This document shows positions 1-9,834 of a stretch of DNA of 64,000 nt, piece after piece. The DNA lies in NCBI GenBank assembly GCA_048939995.1, contig JBHLOY010000009.1:1-64000 (forward strand), in the 5' to 3' direction. The notes under the pieces were generated by a model. That model was given only the letters and a program-made list of their open reading frames with translations. It searched no databases and was not told the origin of the DNA. The position numbers and the translations under genes were made by a program. The DNA is from Promethearchaeota archaeon. Lineage in GTDB: Archaea > Asgardarchaeota > Lokiarchaeia > Sigyniarchaeales > SOKP01. Position 1 is the first letter of the stretch. The number at the start of each line of letters is the position of its first letter.

Positions 1-179
1 TTTTTTATTTTTACTCCCGGTACAATTCCTAAGTTAGCAAGACGCATTTTTGCCATACGACCAGCATTTACATTTACTACTGTTACGATTTCACCTTTCT
101 CACATTCAGTTAAACATTTTATTAATGATGCTTCTTTTAGAGGGCTCTGGACCTTGTCTTCAAATTTAAAATTTGTTAT
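1..179 (-). CDS. feoA: Ferrous iron transport protein A (FeoA), partial, runs off the window start
   Basis: Manual translation gives ITNFKFEDKVQSPLKEASLIKCLTECEKGEIVTVVNVNAGRMAKMRLANLGIVPGVKIK, with the FeoA signature RL..LG..PG..I. SD AGGTGA lies at 191-186. There is no canonical start upstream of the domain; the probable start is ATA at 179. Confidence 0.85.
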   Translation of the reverse strand, partial: MTNFKFEDKVQSPLKEASLIKCLTECEKGEIVTVVNVNAGRMAKMRLANLGIVPGVKIK

Positions 180-236
180 TCTTTATCACCTAAACGATGA
201 ACTGTCAAATAATATTAAGTATTCATTAAATATAAA

Positions 237-252
237 TTTAGCCTAAACAAAA
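237..252. promoter_or_regulatory. Putative DtxR/MntR-type operator upstream of feoA
   Basis: TTTAGCCTAAACAAAA with a perfect TTTAG-C-CTAAA core. It resembles DtxR/MntR boxes and sits at the promoter of an iron-uptake gene. Confidence 0.45.
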
Positions 253-531
253 TATAACTTTTTTATTGTAAAGAATTGAGGATCTTTTTAGGAATTATTT
301 AGCATTTGAAGCATTAATTGGGGAATTTAATATCTTAAAATTTAAAACGATAATTCAGTAGATTAAATTATACTATTGCCAAAATAAGAGTAGTAGATGT
401 GCAGATCTTTTTTATAGATTTTTATATTTATAGAGTATAATTTAATTAAATTTGAATGGATTATCACTACTTATATTGGAATTTTAGTTTAAGTTTTTCC
501 TATTTTAAAAGTATTTTGAGGAGACCTAATT

Positions 532-1632
532 TTGAAAGATGTCATTGATCAGATATTAAAGCATTTAATTCCGTTTCCAAAAAATATTGGCTTAGCGGTG
601 GGCGTGATAAATAGAGAGCATTCAAATTTTTTTGGATATGGTAAAGTGAAAGAGTTTGGTCTAGTATCACCACAGGGAAACACCATATTTGAGATAGGAT
701 CAGTTACTAAATGTTTTACAACTGGTTTGCTATCATTACTCATTTCGGAGGCAAAAGTTAATCTTAATGATCAGGTTCGTGATTTAATGCCCGAATTGTC
801 AAATTTTTCTCCAGACATTACGCTCGAACGACTTGCAACCCACACATCAGGCCTACCAAAAATGCCACCAAATATATTCTGGACAATGCTTCGACACAGA
901 AAGAATCCATTTGCCTATTATCCTGCTAAGAAGGTTTATCAATATCTCTCAAGATATCACTCAAAGCAAACAATTGATAGAAAAATCAAATATTCAAATC
1001 TCGGTATGGCGTTATTGGGACATATTTTAGCTAACAATTTAGATTTGTCATATGAACAAGCAATTATAAATAATTTATGCGATAGACTTAATATTCAAGA
1101 TACGAGAATTACATTAAACTCTGAACAAACGCAAAGATTAGCGATTCCTCATTCTGCTAAGGGAAGAGTCTCCCAGAATTGGGATCTTAACGCTTTTGCT
1201 GGTGCAGGAGCTCTACGTTCTACGGTAAATGACTTAATGGTATTTCTTAAAGCACAAATAGGAATCTTGCAAATAGATCTAAGTGAAAAATTGAAGTTAT
1301 GTCATGAAAAGTATTTAGGAACATTTTCAAAACCAAGTAAAGTTTTAAGTTTATTTCCAGACCTAGTTAAAAAGAGAAAAAAATTTAAACCTTATTTTCA
1401 GGTAATTGGTTTAGGCTGGATTATTGGTAATTTGGGATTAGAAGGTCCAACATTACATTGGATTCATGGAGCTACAGGAGGTTATATGGCATTTATAGGT
1501 TTCATTAAAAGCTCTAAGGCGGGAATTGTTATTCTCGCTAATAGAGGGCTCAATTTCTCGGAAGAGATTAGTGGAATATCAATTGCTGATGAGATTGGTT
1601 TTAAGCTATTGGAATACCTCAATTCTATATAA
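532..1632 (+). CDS. Beta-lactamase-related (class C/serine hydrolase) protein
   Basis: SxxK (GSVTK), YSN, LATHTSGLP and HGATGG motifs; no signal peptide. Confidence 0.9.
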   Translation: MKDVIDQILKHLIPFPKNIGLAVGVINREHSNFFGYGKVKEFGLVSPQGNTIFEIGSVTKCFTTGLLSLLISEAKVNLNDQVRDLMPELSNFSPDITLERLATHTSGLPKMPPNIFWTMLRHRKNPFAYYPAKKVYQYLSRYHSKQTIDRKIKYSNLGMALLGHILANNLDLSYEQAIINNLCDRLNIQDTRITLNSEQTQRLAIPHSAKGRVSQNWDLNAFAGAGALRSTVNDLMVFLKAQIGILQIDLSEKLKLCHEKYLGTFSKPSKVLSLFPDLVKKRKKFKPYFQVIGLGWIIGNLGLEGPTLHWIHGATGGYMAFIGFIKSSKAGIVILANRGLNFSEEISGISIADEIGFKLLEYLNSI

Positions 1633-1676
1633 TTAATAGAATAAAAGAAAAAGATAAAAAAAATCTGATGCAGAGA

Positions 1677-2183
1677 TTAGAAAAAAGTAAAAAACTGGCG
1701 CTTAATAATTCCACCTGAATAACGGCTTTCAAGTTCATTCCATACATCAATAATAGTGGTCTTATCGTATCCAAATTGTTCTTTCTCTGCTTTAAGTTGC
1801 TTGTAGTATTTATTCCACAGATTCACTATTTCACTATTCTGTTCAAAATAATATTCTATCTTTTCTAGTAAGGGTTTAATTGTATTTTCGCGATCGAAAA
1901 GCAGCTTTGCATTGCATAGAATGTGGAGTAAATATGGGACTTCTTCTATACTTTGACTAAGAATTTCATAAGTAAAGAAGAGTTTTCCAACTTTTATACC
2001 ATCAATCATTGTATTTTCCATCCCTGAAGTTGGCGTGGACTTTCTTAAAATTTCAATTATATCAATATCTGATTTCTCATGCTGAGTTCCTAAAGCTACA
2101 GATCCGAAAACGATAAAACCAAGAATATTCTTATTGGCTTTGGCTTTTATTAGCAGTTCTTCAAGTATTTGATCTTGTTTCAT
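1677..2183 (-). CDS. Nucleotidyltransferase domain protein (Pol beta superfamily, MNT-like)
   Basis: FGSVALGTQHEKSDIDII matches GS-x10-DxD. Confidence 0.85.
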   Translation of the reverse strand: MKQDQILEELLIKAKANKNILGFIVFGSVALGTQHEKSDIDIIEILRKSTPTSGMENTMIDGIKVGKLFFTYEILSQSIEEVPYLLHILCNAKLLFDRENTIKPLLEKIEYYFEQNSEIVNLWNKYYKQLKAEKEQFGYDKTTIIDVWNELESRYSGGIIKRQFFTFF

Positions 2184-2318
2184 GTTAGGTCTCTTCCTTT
2201 TGAATTATTTACCAAAATAGTAATGGACATTTATTTGTTCAGATTATAATTTCAAAACATACTGAAGCAATAACTTATAATAAATTAATTTATTATTTAC
2301 TTTTTATTCCTTTGAATC

Positions 2319-3230
2319 ATGGATGAAATAGATATAGAAATCATTAAATTGCTTATTATCAATTCACGTTTATCATACCGAGAAATGGCAGATTATTTAG
2401 AGTTATCTATCAACGCGATATATAGACGAATCCAGATTCTGATAGATTTAGATATCATTCAAAAATTTACAGCAAAAATTAATCCCAATGCAGTAAATGC
2501 GATTTATGTGTTCATCTTTGGTGAGACTAAAGCTCGAGATTTGAATGAGATGATTTCAAAACTAGGAGACCATGAAAATACATATAATGTAATGTTATCA
2601 AGTAGAAATCATATATATGTGGGAGCCCTCCTTCGAAATATACACGAATTAGATGATTACAGTTCATTCATAGCTCAAACTGCTGAGATCCAATCCTTAA
2701 CTCTTGGTTTATTACATGAAGTATACTATTCATCCCCGACACGTTATAAGAACCCTATTTCTAAAATGATAAATCTTGATAAACTAGATTTAGATATTAT
2801 AGGTTCTCTAGCTAATGATTCACGAAAAACAATATCTGAAGTTGCAGAAGATGTCAATAGTACTTCAAAGACGGTCCGTCGGCGTTTGTCTCGTATGACG
2901 AATGAGGGACTGATTAGATTTACGATCAATTTTAATCCTTTCGCATCTGATTATATTTTTGCTCTGCTTCAAATTAATTTAAAACCAACAATGAATAAGG
3001 ATGAAATTGCTAATTCTTTTCTCATTAAATATTCACCAAATATGTTTTTTTGTTGGACATTCAGTAATGTTCCAAATTTTCTATTATGTTATGTTTGGAG
3101 TAAAACTGTAAATGATCTTAATGATCTGATAAATAAAATACAAAAAGAAAAAGTAGAATCAGTTTTAGCAGACGTTCTTTTTAAGGAACTCTATTATGAT
3201 ACATGGAGAGATAAACTATTGCGTGAATAA
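2319..3230 (+). CDS. Tandem (double) Lrp/AsnC family transcriptional regulator
   Basis: Two AsnC HTH units: DEIDIEIIKLL..NSRLSYREMA and LDKLDLDIIGSL..DSRKTISEVA. Confidence 0.9.
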   Translation: MDEIDIEIIKLLIINSRLSYREMADYLELSINAIYRRIQILIDLDIIQKFTAKINPNAVNAIYVFIFGETKARDLNEMISKLGDHENTYNVMLSSRNHIYVGALLRNIHELDDYSSFIAQTAEIQSLTLGLLHEVYYSSPTRYKNPISKMINLDKLDLDIIGSLANDSRKTISEVAEDVNSTSKTVRRRLSRMTNEGLIRFTINFNPFASDYIFALLQINLKPTMNKDEIANSFLIKYSPNMFFCWTFSNVPNFLLCYVWSKTVNDLNDLINKIQKEKVESVLADVLFKELYYDTWRDKLLRE

Positions 3231-3255
3231 AGTAATAGAAAATTGATACATTTAA

Positions 3256-3603
3256 TCAATTCTTATTTATCAAAGTTTTATATTTTAGGTATAATACTGA
3301 ATTTTTTGCTTTTCTTACAAGATATTTCCGTAATTTCAGCAGAAGTATAAATCCAATAAACGAGATTCCGAATAAAATTACTGTACTAAATGGTGCAAAA
3401 GAGCATGTTGAATAATAGCCTAAGTAACTTGCTTTAGAAACTTCCCAACCAAAAGCCTCCGCAGGAATTACTGTCCATATCCCAGCTACAAGGGATCCAA
3501 ATGATAAAGCGAAAATAAACGTAATATAAAATATAACTATAAATAATTTAATCGATTTTTTCAACAAATTTACCATAGAAAATTTTCTTTTACCCAATTT
3601 CAT
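3256..3603 (-). CDS. Small two-TM membrane protein
   Basis: Two hydrophobic segments around a LGYYSTCSFAP loop; SD GGAGGTGA; co-oriented with the flavodoxin. Confidence 0.7.
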   Translation of the reverse strand: MKLGKRKFSMVNLLKKSIKLFIVIFYITFIFALSFGSLVAGIWTVIPAEAFGWEVSKASYLGYYSTCSFAPFSTVILFGISFIGFILLLKLRKYLVRKAKNSVLYLKYKTLINKN

Positions 3604-3630
3604 TCACCTCCTTTTAATTTTTATTGTTTA

Positions 3631-4125
3631 TTATACTCTTTTATTCAACTTTTCGGCAATATCTATTCCTATTTCTTCCATTTTTGAGAGTGTGTTTTCT
3701 TCTAAAGGACCTTCCTTTCCAATAACAATCCCTGTAATTATAGGATAGGATACTTCAATCTTCATCTTTTTAAGAGATCTTATAATTTTCCGTCCTGCTG
3801 ACCCTGATAACGGGAATGAAGCTTTTGTTTCAAATGCAAAACCCTTTTTACTTTTCAGTTTAGTGTGCTTGATTTTAGATAAAAATATTTTCATAGATTT
3901 TGATAGCCCTCGCATATGGGTTGGACCTCCAATGCCAATTATACTGTAATTTTTTAATTCACTTGTATCAAAGTCTTGAATGGAAAGTGTATCCACATGC
4001 AAACCTCCTGCTTCTAATCCACGATTTATAGACATAGCTACTTTTTTTGTATTACCAAATAGGGAGTCATAAAGTATTATGACACTTTTCTTGTCCTCAA
4101 CTTCTTTCAAATATTCTTTATTCAA
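3631..4125 (-). CDS. Flavodoxin
   Basis: YDSLFGNTKKVA phosphate loop and GGPT motif; TTG start after SD GGTGA. Confidence 0.9.
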   Translation of the reverse strand: MNKEYLKEVEDKKSVIILYDSLFGNTKKVAMSINRGLEAGGLHVDTLSIQDFDTSELKNYSIIGIGGPTHMRGLSKSMKIFLSKIKHTKLKSKKGFAFETKASFPLSGSAGRKIIRSLKKMKIEVSYPIITGIVIGKEGPLEENTLSKMEEIGIDIAEKLNKRV

Positions 4126-4307
4126 TTATTTTCACCAATTTTATTAATTATCTTTTAATATCTTGGAAGAAGTGATAGAGTTATAATTCCATGTTTAAAC
4201 AAGCTGAGAAAAATTTAGTAATAACAATAATTGCAATGGATTTTTCTTATGCTATCTGGTTGAAAAATAGGCTCATACTAGTACTCAAATTTTTTTCTTC
4301 GAGTGGA

Positions 4308-4323
4308 AAAAATGATCATTTTT
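4308..4323. promoter_or_regulatory. Perfect palindrome between divergent flavodoxin genes
   Basis: AAAAATGATCATTTTT. Confidence 0.35.
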
Positions 4324-4359
4324 CTCCTTAAATTTTAATATTATATCCAAGCTTCTTCA

Positions 4360-4380
4360 AACATCAATATAAATGATGTT
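4360..4380. promoter_or_regulatory. Inverted repeat straddling a TATA-like element upstream of the iron-sulfur flavoprotein gene
   Basis: AACATCA-atataaa-TGATGTT. Confidence 0.45.
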
Positions 4381-4410
4381 GGTACATGTCATATCATAAA
4401 GGAAGATTAG

Positions 4411-5208
4411 GTGATCAGAATAAAAATTCTAAGTATTATAAGCAGTGGAAGAAAAAATGGACATACATCTAAAATAATCTCATTATTGGAAGAAGAAGTT
4501 AAACAACTTGTTGAAAAAAGTCTTGAATATTTACACTTCGAAACTCTCTTCTTGAGTGATTATGAAATTGAGCATTGTAAAGGATGTCGAGCATGTATGG
4601 ATTATGGAGAGGATAAATGTCCCATAAAAGATGATATCCCCATAATTAAAGCAAAAATAAAAGAAGCTGATGCAATAATCCTGGCAAGTCCTGTGTATGT
4701 GGGTGATGTGAACTCAACGATGAAGGCCTTAATTGATAGATTAGCATATATTTGTCATCGCCAGGAATTTTACGATAAATGCGTCATAATTATTGCTACT
4801 ACTAATGCAACAAGCTTAAAAAGAACTATTCATACAATGGGTGCCGCTGCATATAGTTGGGGATTTAAAATTGTTGGAACAAAAGGTTTTAAGACTAATA
4901 GTTCAAATGATCCATTAGAAAGTCTAAGGCAAAGGTATTGTAAGGATATCTTACGACTCGCAAGAAAATTATATTCAGCAATAAAAGAAAAGTCATATTT
5001 AGATCCATCAGCTATAGGAATAGCATCCTTTAGAATTCAACAAAAATATCGGAGCAATCCAGAATTATCAAGTAAAATTGATTATAATTACTGGAATGAA
5101 CGTGGTTGGACTAATTCAAAAAGAAGTTATTACATTGATATTAGAGTTGGAATTCTGAAAAAAATATTATCTCAGATTTTATATAGAGTTTTTTTACTTT
5201 TTATCTAG
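4411..5208 (+). CDS. Iron-sulfur flavoprotein / multimeric flavodoxin (NADPH-dependent FMN reductase family)
   Basis: SGRKNGHT, CKGCRAC-x7-C, ASPVY and MKALIDR motifs. Confidence 0.88.
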   Translation: MIRIKILSIISSGRKNGHTSKIISLLEEEVKQLVEKSLEYLHFETLFLSDYEIEHCKGCRACMDYGEDKCPIKDDIPIIKAKIKEADAIILASPVYVGDVNSTMKALIDRLAYICHRQEFYDKCVIIIATTNATSLKRTIHTMGAAAYSWGFKIVGTKGFKTNSSNDPLESLRQRYCKDILRLARKLYSAIKEKSYLDPSAIGIASFRIQQKYRSNPELSSKIDYNYWNERGWTNSKRSYYIDIRVGILKKILSQILYRVFLLFI

Positions 5209-5454
5209 AACCTCTTAAAATGAATTGAGCAATCGATTGTAATGATTACTAGTTTAAAATATTAATTTAGTTAAGAGTATATAAAACCCTATTTTGCGGT
5301 TTCTTCAAAATTAATGATAATTATTGTAAGATTTCTAACAGCTTATCTGTATTAATGAAATTCTAAATTAGTGTTATAGGGTATAAATATAATCCATAAA
5401 TATGCTATTTTGGGAGATTATTATAAAAATTAATTATAATTAAGTGATTTAGAT

Positions 5455-5625
5455 ATGCCAAAATTTGCGTGTTCTGACATAGGTATGAAATGCGGCTTTA
5501 AAGTGGAAGCTGGGACAGAGGATGAATTAATGAATCATATTGGCAATCATGCTAAATGGGCTCATAATCTGGATCCTATCCCAACAGATACTCTTAATGC
5601 CGTCAAGAAAGCAATACAAAAATAA
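5455..5625 (+). CDS. DUF1059-family small metal-binding protein (56 aa, not in ORF track)
   Basis: MPKFACSDIGMKCGFKVEAGTEDELMNHIGNHAKWAHNL... shows the C-x6-C...H-x4-H pattern; a T-tract follows. Confidence 0.85.
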   Translation: MPKFACSDIGMKCGFKVEAGTEDELMNHIGNHAKWAHNLDPIPTDTLNAVKKAIQK

Positions 5626-5700
5626 TTTTTTTTCCCTTTTTTATGTAGAACTTCACTTAAAACTTAAAATTGAAAAGTTTTAAATTGTAATTTTTCTCTT

Positions 5701-5948
5701 AAAAAACTAAAAGGAACTAAGTTATCTCTGAAACATATTATTACTATTTCCTCTATTGTCTCTTTATATGGAATTTTTTTTCAGCTTCTTATGGATCCGA
5801 CAGCAGCCGCTATTGGACTTCATTATTATCTAAATCCCCCCTGATTAACATTTTTGGATTTCCAATATGGTTTATAACATAATTTGCGATTTATGGTCTG
5901 TATTCATTTATTTTTTTGCTAGTTGAGCGTCACTATCTAGAAAATTAA
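5701..5948 (+). pseudogene. Decayed fragment of a membrane protein, CruF/DUF422 (carotenoid biosynthesis)-like
   Basis: ...FFQLLMDPTAAAIGLHYY.. then a frameshift at the C6 run (5836-5841), then ..NIFGFPIWFIT*FAIYGLYSFIFLLVE. Internal TAA at 5880; no 5' end. Confidence 0.55.
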
Positions 5949-6088
5949 AAGTATGGAGATTGAGGCAAATAGACCTGAGAAAGACTTCTTCAAGTTAATT
6001 ATTTTATCAATTATTAAAATGTAATACTAAAAGTGTAGATTTTTAACTATAGCCTTTTATTACATATGCAAAATCAAACTGAATGTGA

Positions 6089-6622
6089 ATGAAAATGGAT
6101 ATTGAGCGAGTAACTAATGCAATAAAGGTTGGGGATTTTATTTTAAGAAATGACGATAGTCCTAATCATATAGATATTAGATGGTTACCTGAAATAGGAA
6201 ATGATATATTAAGAGACGAATCAGGGCGCGTCTATATCATGACATCTAATGGTATCATAAAAAAAATAGGTGGCTCTCAATCAAGAGGGGGGCTTAGAGC
6301 AACAATTTCATTTTATGTATCATCAATGCAAGGCCGTCCGAGTATCAGAAGTTATGGTATTCACCTTTTAATCAAAGGGGAGCTTGAAAGAGGAAATAGA
6401 GTTGAATTATATGTAATAAGAGCAGAGAAAGTATATGCCCCAATTGTTGGTTTGTTTGACACAGAAGAAGGCGAGGTTTCTCCTTTTAAAGAAATGGAAA
6501 ATAAATGTAAGGCTGATTTTTTAAGGGAGGAAGAAAATTATCCGGAATGGAATTTCCAAGAGAGAGGACAAGCTTGGCCCTTAGAAATTCAGAGGAGTCA
6601 TGAGGATCAAAGAAGAAGATAA
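6089..6622 (+). CDS. GIY-YIG type II restriction endonuclease (Hpy188III-like)
   Basis: RVYIM-x5-IKKIGGSQ (GIY-YIG variant), GRPSIRS, E..C and PEWN.QE motifs; adjacent to an adenine MTase. Confidence 0.75.
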   Translation: MKMDIERVTNAIKVGDFILRNDDSPNHIDIRWLPEIGNDILRDESGRVYIMTSNGIIKKIGGSQSRGGLRATISFYVSSMQGRPSIRSYGIHLLIKGELERGNRVELYVIRAEKVYAPIVGLFDTEEGEVSPFKEMENKCKADFLREEENYPEWNFQERGQAWPLEIQRSHEDQRRR

Positions 6623-6691
6623 ACCAAATCCTATTGAAGATTATTTTCTATAAAATATATTTTTAATCTACCTTATTGCTTAAGATTGATT

Positions 6692-7735
6692 TTATGAATT
6701 TCTTGGCGGACGCACTATAATAATTTCATGGGACTTCTTAATATTATCTATTTTTTCTTTAGCTAACCTATTTTTCCCAATTCTTGTTTCTCCTTGACCA
6801 TATGAGTACTGCCAGGTCGGGAAATATTGATCATACTCTTTGTACATTTCTCTAATATCACTGCAGTCATTATAGGTAAGAATAAATCCTGCATCATGTT
6901 TCCTCAATAAATCTCTTAATAATTCATGATCAAAACCTTTATGATGAATTGCAAAATTACTATTAGGATAAATGCCCTTAAACATTTTTGAATCACCTTC
7001 TAAGTAATATGGAGGATCTGCATATATGAAATCATTCTTATGTTCTTTGAAAACGTTCTCAAATGAATCACATTTTACGGTGACATTTCCAGCTTTAAAG
7101 TTCTTCACTTTTTCTAAAATAGTATTATATCTACTCTGGTTTAAATAGACAGAGGAGCCCCAACCTAAAAACATGGGACCATAGGATAGTTGGTGATTAT
7201 AATAATAGTAGGCAGCTCGTTTCAATTCATTATCATCAAGTAGCGTTTTTTCCTCCTCAGTAAGGGGAACCTTTCTTTTTGTAATATATTCAAGAGTTTC
7301 TGGTTTGACTTTATCCCAATAGTGTAATAAAATATGCCTATTTCTAGTGTAATTCTTTTTGTCAGGAATAAGAAGTTTTAATTCTTCATAAAGTTCTTGA
7401 GGTTTATTAATTTGATAATGCCAATAATTTATTAGAATTTCAAAAATATCATACCCAATAATTTCAAAATCTAAATTAATACTTAAAGCAAACTCGAATG
7501 AACCTCCACCAAAGAAAGGAGAAACAATTTTTTTATCAATATTTTCAGGCAGATGCTCTAAAATATAGCCAACTGCCCGCGATTTTCCCCCAGCATACCT
7601 AAGCGGAGAGAGTGTGACCATTTTATATTTATTATTAGTCCTCTCATCTTCACTTTTGAGAGAATCTAAATAGAGTTTAAGCTTAAGATTTCTTTTTTTC
7701 CTCTCGCTTAAACCAATATAATCTAGAAGGTTCAT
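6692..7735 (-). CDS. DNA adenine methyltransferase, Dam/D12 (alpha) class, cognate of the adjacent REase
   Basis: LRYAGGKS, SPFFGGGS and DPPY motifs. Confidence 0.93.
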   Translation of the reverse strand: MNLLDYIGLSERKKRNLKLKLYLDSLKSEDERTNNKYKMVTLSPLRYAGGKSRAVGYILEHLPENIDKKIVSPFFGGGSFEFALSINLDFEIIGYDIFEILINYWHYQINKPQELYEELKLLIPDKKNYTRNRHILLHYWDKVKPETLEYITKRKVPLTEEEKTLLDDNELKRAAYYYYNHQLSYGPMFLGWGSSVYLNQSRYNTILEKVKNFKAGNVTVKCDSFENVFKEHKNDFIYADPPYYLEGDSKMFKGIYPNSNFAIHHKGFDHELLRDLLRKHDAGFILTYNDCSDIREMYKEYDQYFPTWQYSYGQGETRIGKNRLAKEKIDNIKKSHEIIIVRPPRNS

Positions 7736-7847
7736 TTTTTCAAATTTGTAGTAAAATTCTTTACTGTTATTAGTTCCCTTTAATATTATAATTTTACGAT
7801 TATTAGGTTATTATTAATTTAATTTCACTTTCAGAGGATATTATCTT

Positions 7848-8471
7848 TTATTTTATTAAAGAAAGTACACCCTCGACTAATTTCTTAATTTCCTCAAATT
7901 TGCCCTCAGAAATTAAATCTTGTTTAACTAACCAGCTTCCACCACAGGCAAGAACATTTGGTAATTCCAAATATTGGCTTAATGAATCTTGATTTATCCC
8001 TCCAGTCGGTACAAATTTCATCTCTGGATATGGCCCTGACAAACTTTTAAGCATTTTAGGGCCTCCTGAAAGATCGGCAGGGAAAAATTTTACAACTTTT
8101 ATACCCCTATCAAGCGCCCATTCTACCATTGTTGGAGTATTTACTCCTGGAATAATAGGAATCTTTTCCATTAAGCAATAATCTACAACTTTTGGGTTGA
8201 ATCCGGGAGTTACAATAAATTGAGCGCCAATATTTATGGCTTGTTTCACTTGTTCAATTTTAAGAATAGTACCCGCTCCAATAAGAAGATTAGTATATGT
8301 TCTGGCAAGATTTTGAATAGACTCAGCTGCAACTTCAGTTCTAAATGTGATTTCTATAATTGGAAGTCCTGCTTCAATTAAAGTCCTTCCTAAAGGAACA
8401 GCGTCATTTACTTTATGAATCACGGCAATGGGTATTATTTTTAATTCCTTAATTTTATCAAATACTTTCAT
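7848..8471 (-). CDS. eda: KDPG/KHG aldolase (bacterial type)
   Basis: EITFRT, GAGT, TPG, KFFPA, PTGGI and GGSW motifs. Confidence 0.95.
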   Translation of the reverse strand: MKVFDKIKELKIIPIAVIHKVNDAVPLGRTLIEAGLPIIEITFRTEVAAESIQNLARTYTNLLIGAGTILKIEQVKQAINIGAQFIVTPGFNPKVVDYCLMEKIPIIPGVNTPTMVEWALDRGIKVVKFFPADLSGGPKMLKSLSGPYPEMKFVPTGGINQDSLSQYLELPNVLACGGSWLVKQDLISEGKFEEIKKLVEGVLSLIK

Positions 8472-8544
8472 GTTAAAAATGGTAGATTATTTCCAATAAG
8501 CTAATTATAGGAATTATTTTTAGTTTTTTAAAGTATCATAACTT

Positions 8545-9417
8545 TTATGTATTACGTCCTATTAGGAATCTAAAAAATGTTCTGATCTTCTTCGGATTAA
8601 GAAAAAGCGCAGGAACCTGTTTCTTATACTCAAGATAAGAATCACCAAACCTCTGAATAAGTTCTTTTTCCTCAACGAAGTGTATAAGAATTAAGATGAA
8701 AGTGTGGAATAAACATGTCGAGATTAAAGAATAGATTGAAAAACGTATAATGAAGCTTCCTATATTAATCATAAAAACTGCTGTATAGGCGGGATGTCTC
8801 AAGATAGAATAGATCTTGTGTTGTTGAACTTCAGATTCTTCAGGATAATAAAGATATACTAATGCCATATAATCAATTCCAAACGTAAATAAAGCTTGAG
8901 CCGCGGTTATCACTCCAAGGACGATAAATATAGTACCACCAATTAATCTAATTAATAAATCATAATATGAGACTATAGGGATTAGAGAAATTAAAGAATC
9001 AGAGAAAAAATTTGTAATAGGATTTACAGCAGGGATTAGATAAAGAGTATTAATGGGTATATATGAATACACTATAACTGAAATAGCAAATGGAATCCCA
9101 AAGAGTCCATATTGAAGTGCCTTTTGATATGCTAATTTCTTATATTTAGATTTCAATTTCTCCTTTTTAATCCACACACTAAAAATGCTCAGAAACCCCA
9201 TTACTACGCAGAAGAATATTGCAAATATTGGGATCACAGGCTCTAAGGCAACAAGAATGTAAATGGTTGGATATAACCGAGGTAAGAGAAAAGATATGGA
9301 GATAACTACTAATCCCAGAATTAGCGCGCCTAAAAATAATAAAAGAAGTCGATATATTTTTGCTCCTTGTAATCGGGGCAATTTTTCTCGAAATGTTTGA
9401 AGACCTTTTAAATTCAT
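8545..9417 (-). CDS. Isoprenylcysteine carboxyl methyltransferase / PEMT family membrane protein
   Basis: Multiple TM segments; IYSILRHPAY and EEKELIQRFGDSYLEYKKQVP motifs. Confidence 0.85.
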   Translation of the reverse strand: MNLKGLQTFREKLPRLQGAKIYRLLLLFLGALILGLVVISISFLLPRLYPTIYILVALEPVIPIFAIFFCVVMGFLSIFSVWIKKEKLKSKYKKLAYQKALQYGLFGIPFAISVIVYSYIPINTLYLIPAVNPITNFFSDSLISLIPIVSYYDLLIRLIGGTIFIVLGVITAAQALFTFGIDYMALVYLYYPEESEVQQHKIYSILRHPAYTAVFMINIGSFIIRFSIYSLISTCLFHTFILILIHFVEEKELIQRFGDSYLEYKKQVPALFLNPKKIRTFFRFLIGRNT

Positions 9418-9466
9418 AGTAGAATATAGAAATTATTTTTGGTTTTAATTATTTGTCACTACATCT

Positions 9467-9664
9467 CTATAAGAAGTCTTCAATCAAAACCTGTTTTTTC
9501 TTCAACCTCTTAACCGTGAATTTCAAATTTTTGATTGTATCCTCTGCATGATCAATTGCGATTCTTTTCGCCTCGTCTTCATTCTTAGCATTTATTTTCA
9601 ATTTTCGATAAGGAAAAATATGGAATTTAATCTCAGCTTCATATTCTGGCAATAAATTCACCAT
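9467..9664 (-). CDS. Small hypothetical protein
   Basis: Fills an intergenic gap; plausible composition (I.A.NE.EA..IA beta-alpha pattern). Confidence 0.6.
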   Translation of the reverse strand: MVNLLPEYEAEIKFHIFPYRKLKINAKNEDEAKRIAIDHAEDTIKNLKFTVKRLKKKQVLIEDFL

Positions 9665-9834
9665 AATTATTATAGTATTAAGGAATAAAGAATTCTTTTA
9701 CATAAATATATTTTCACTGAACAAATGCTTATTTGATTTATCTGTTTTCTTAGTTAAATTAAGGATCAATTAAAGAAAGCTTTATTAATAATTAGATTAA
9801 AATGAAATTTATTAGATAATGGTTTATAAGTATA

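Noticed and set aside
1677-2183. MNT as half of an MNT-HEPN toxin-antitoxin pair
   Set aside because: No adjacent HEPN gene with an RxxxxH motif.
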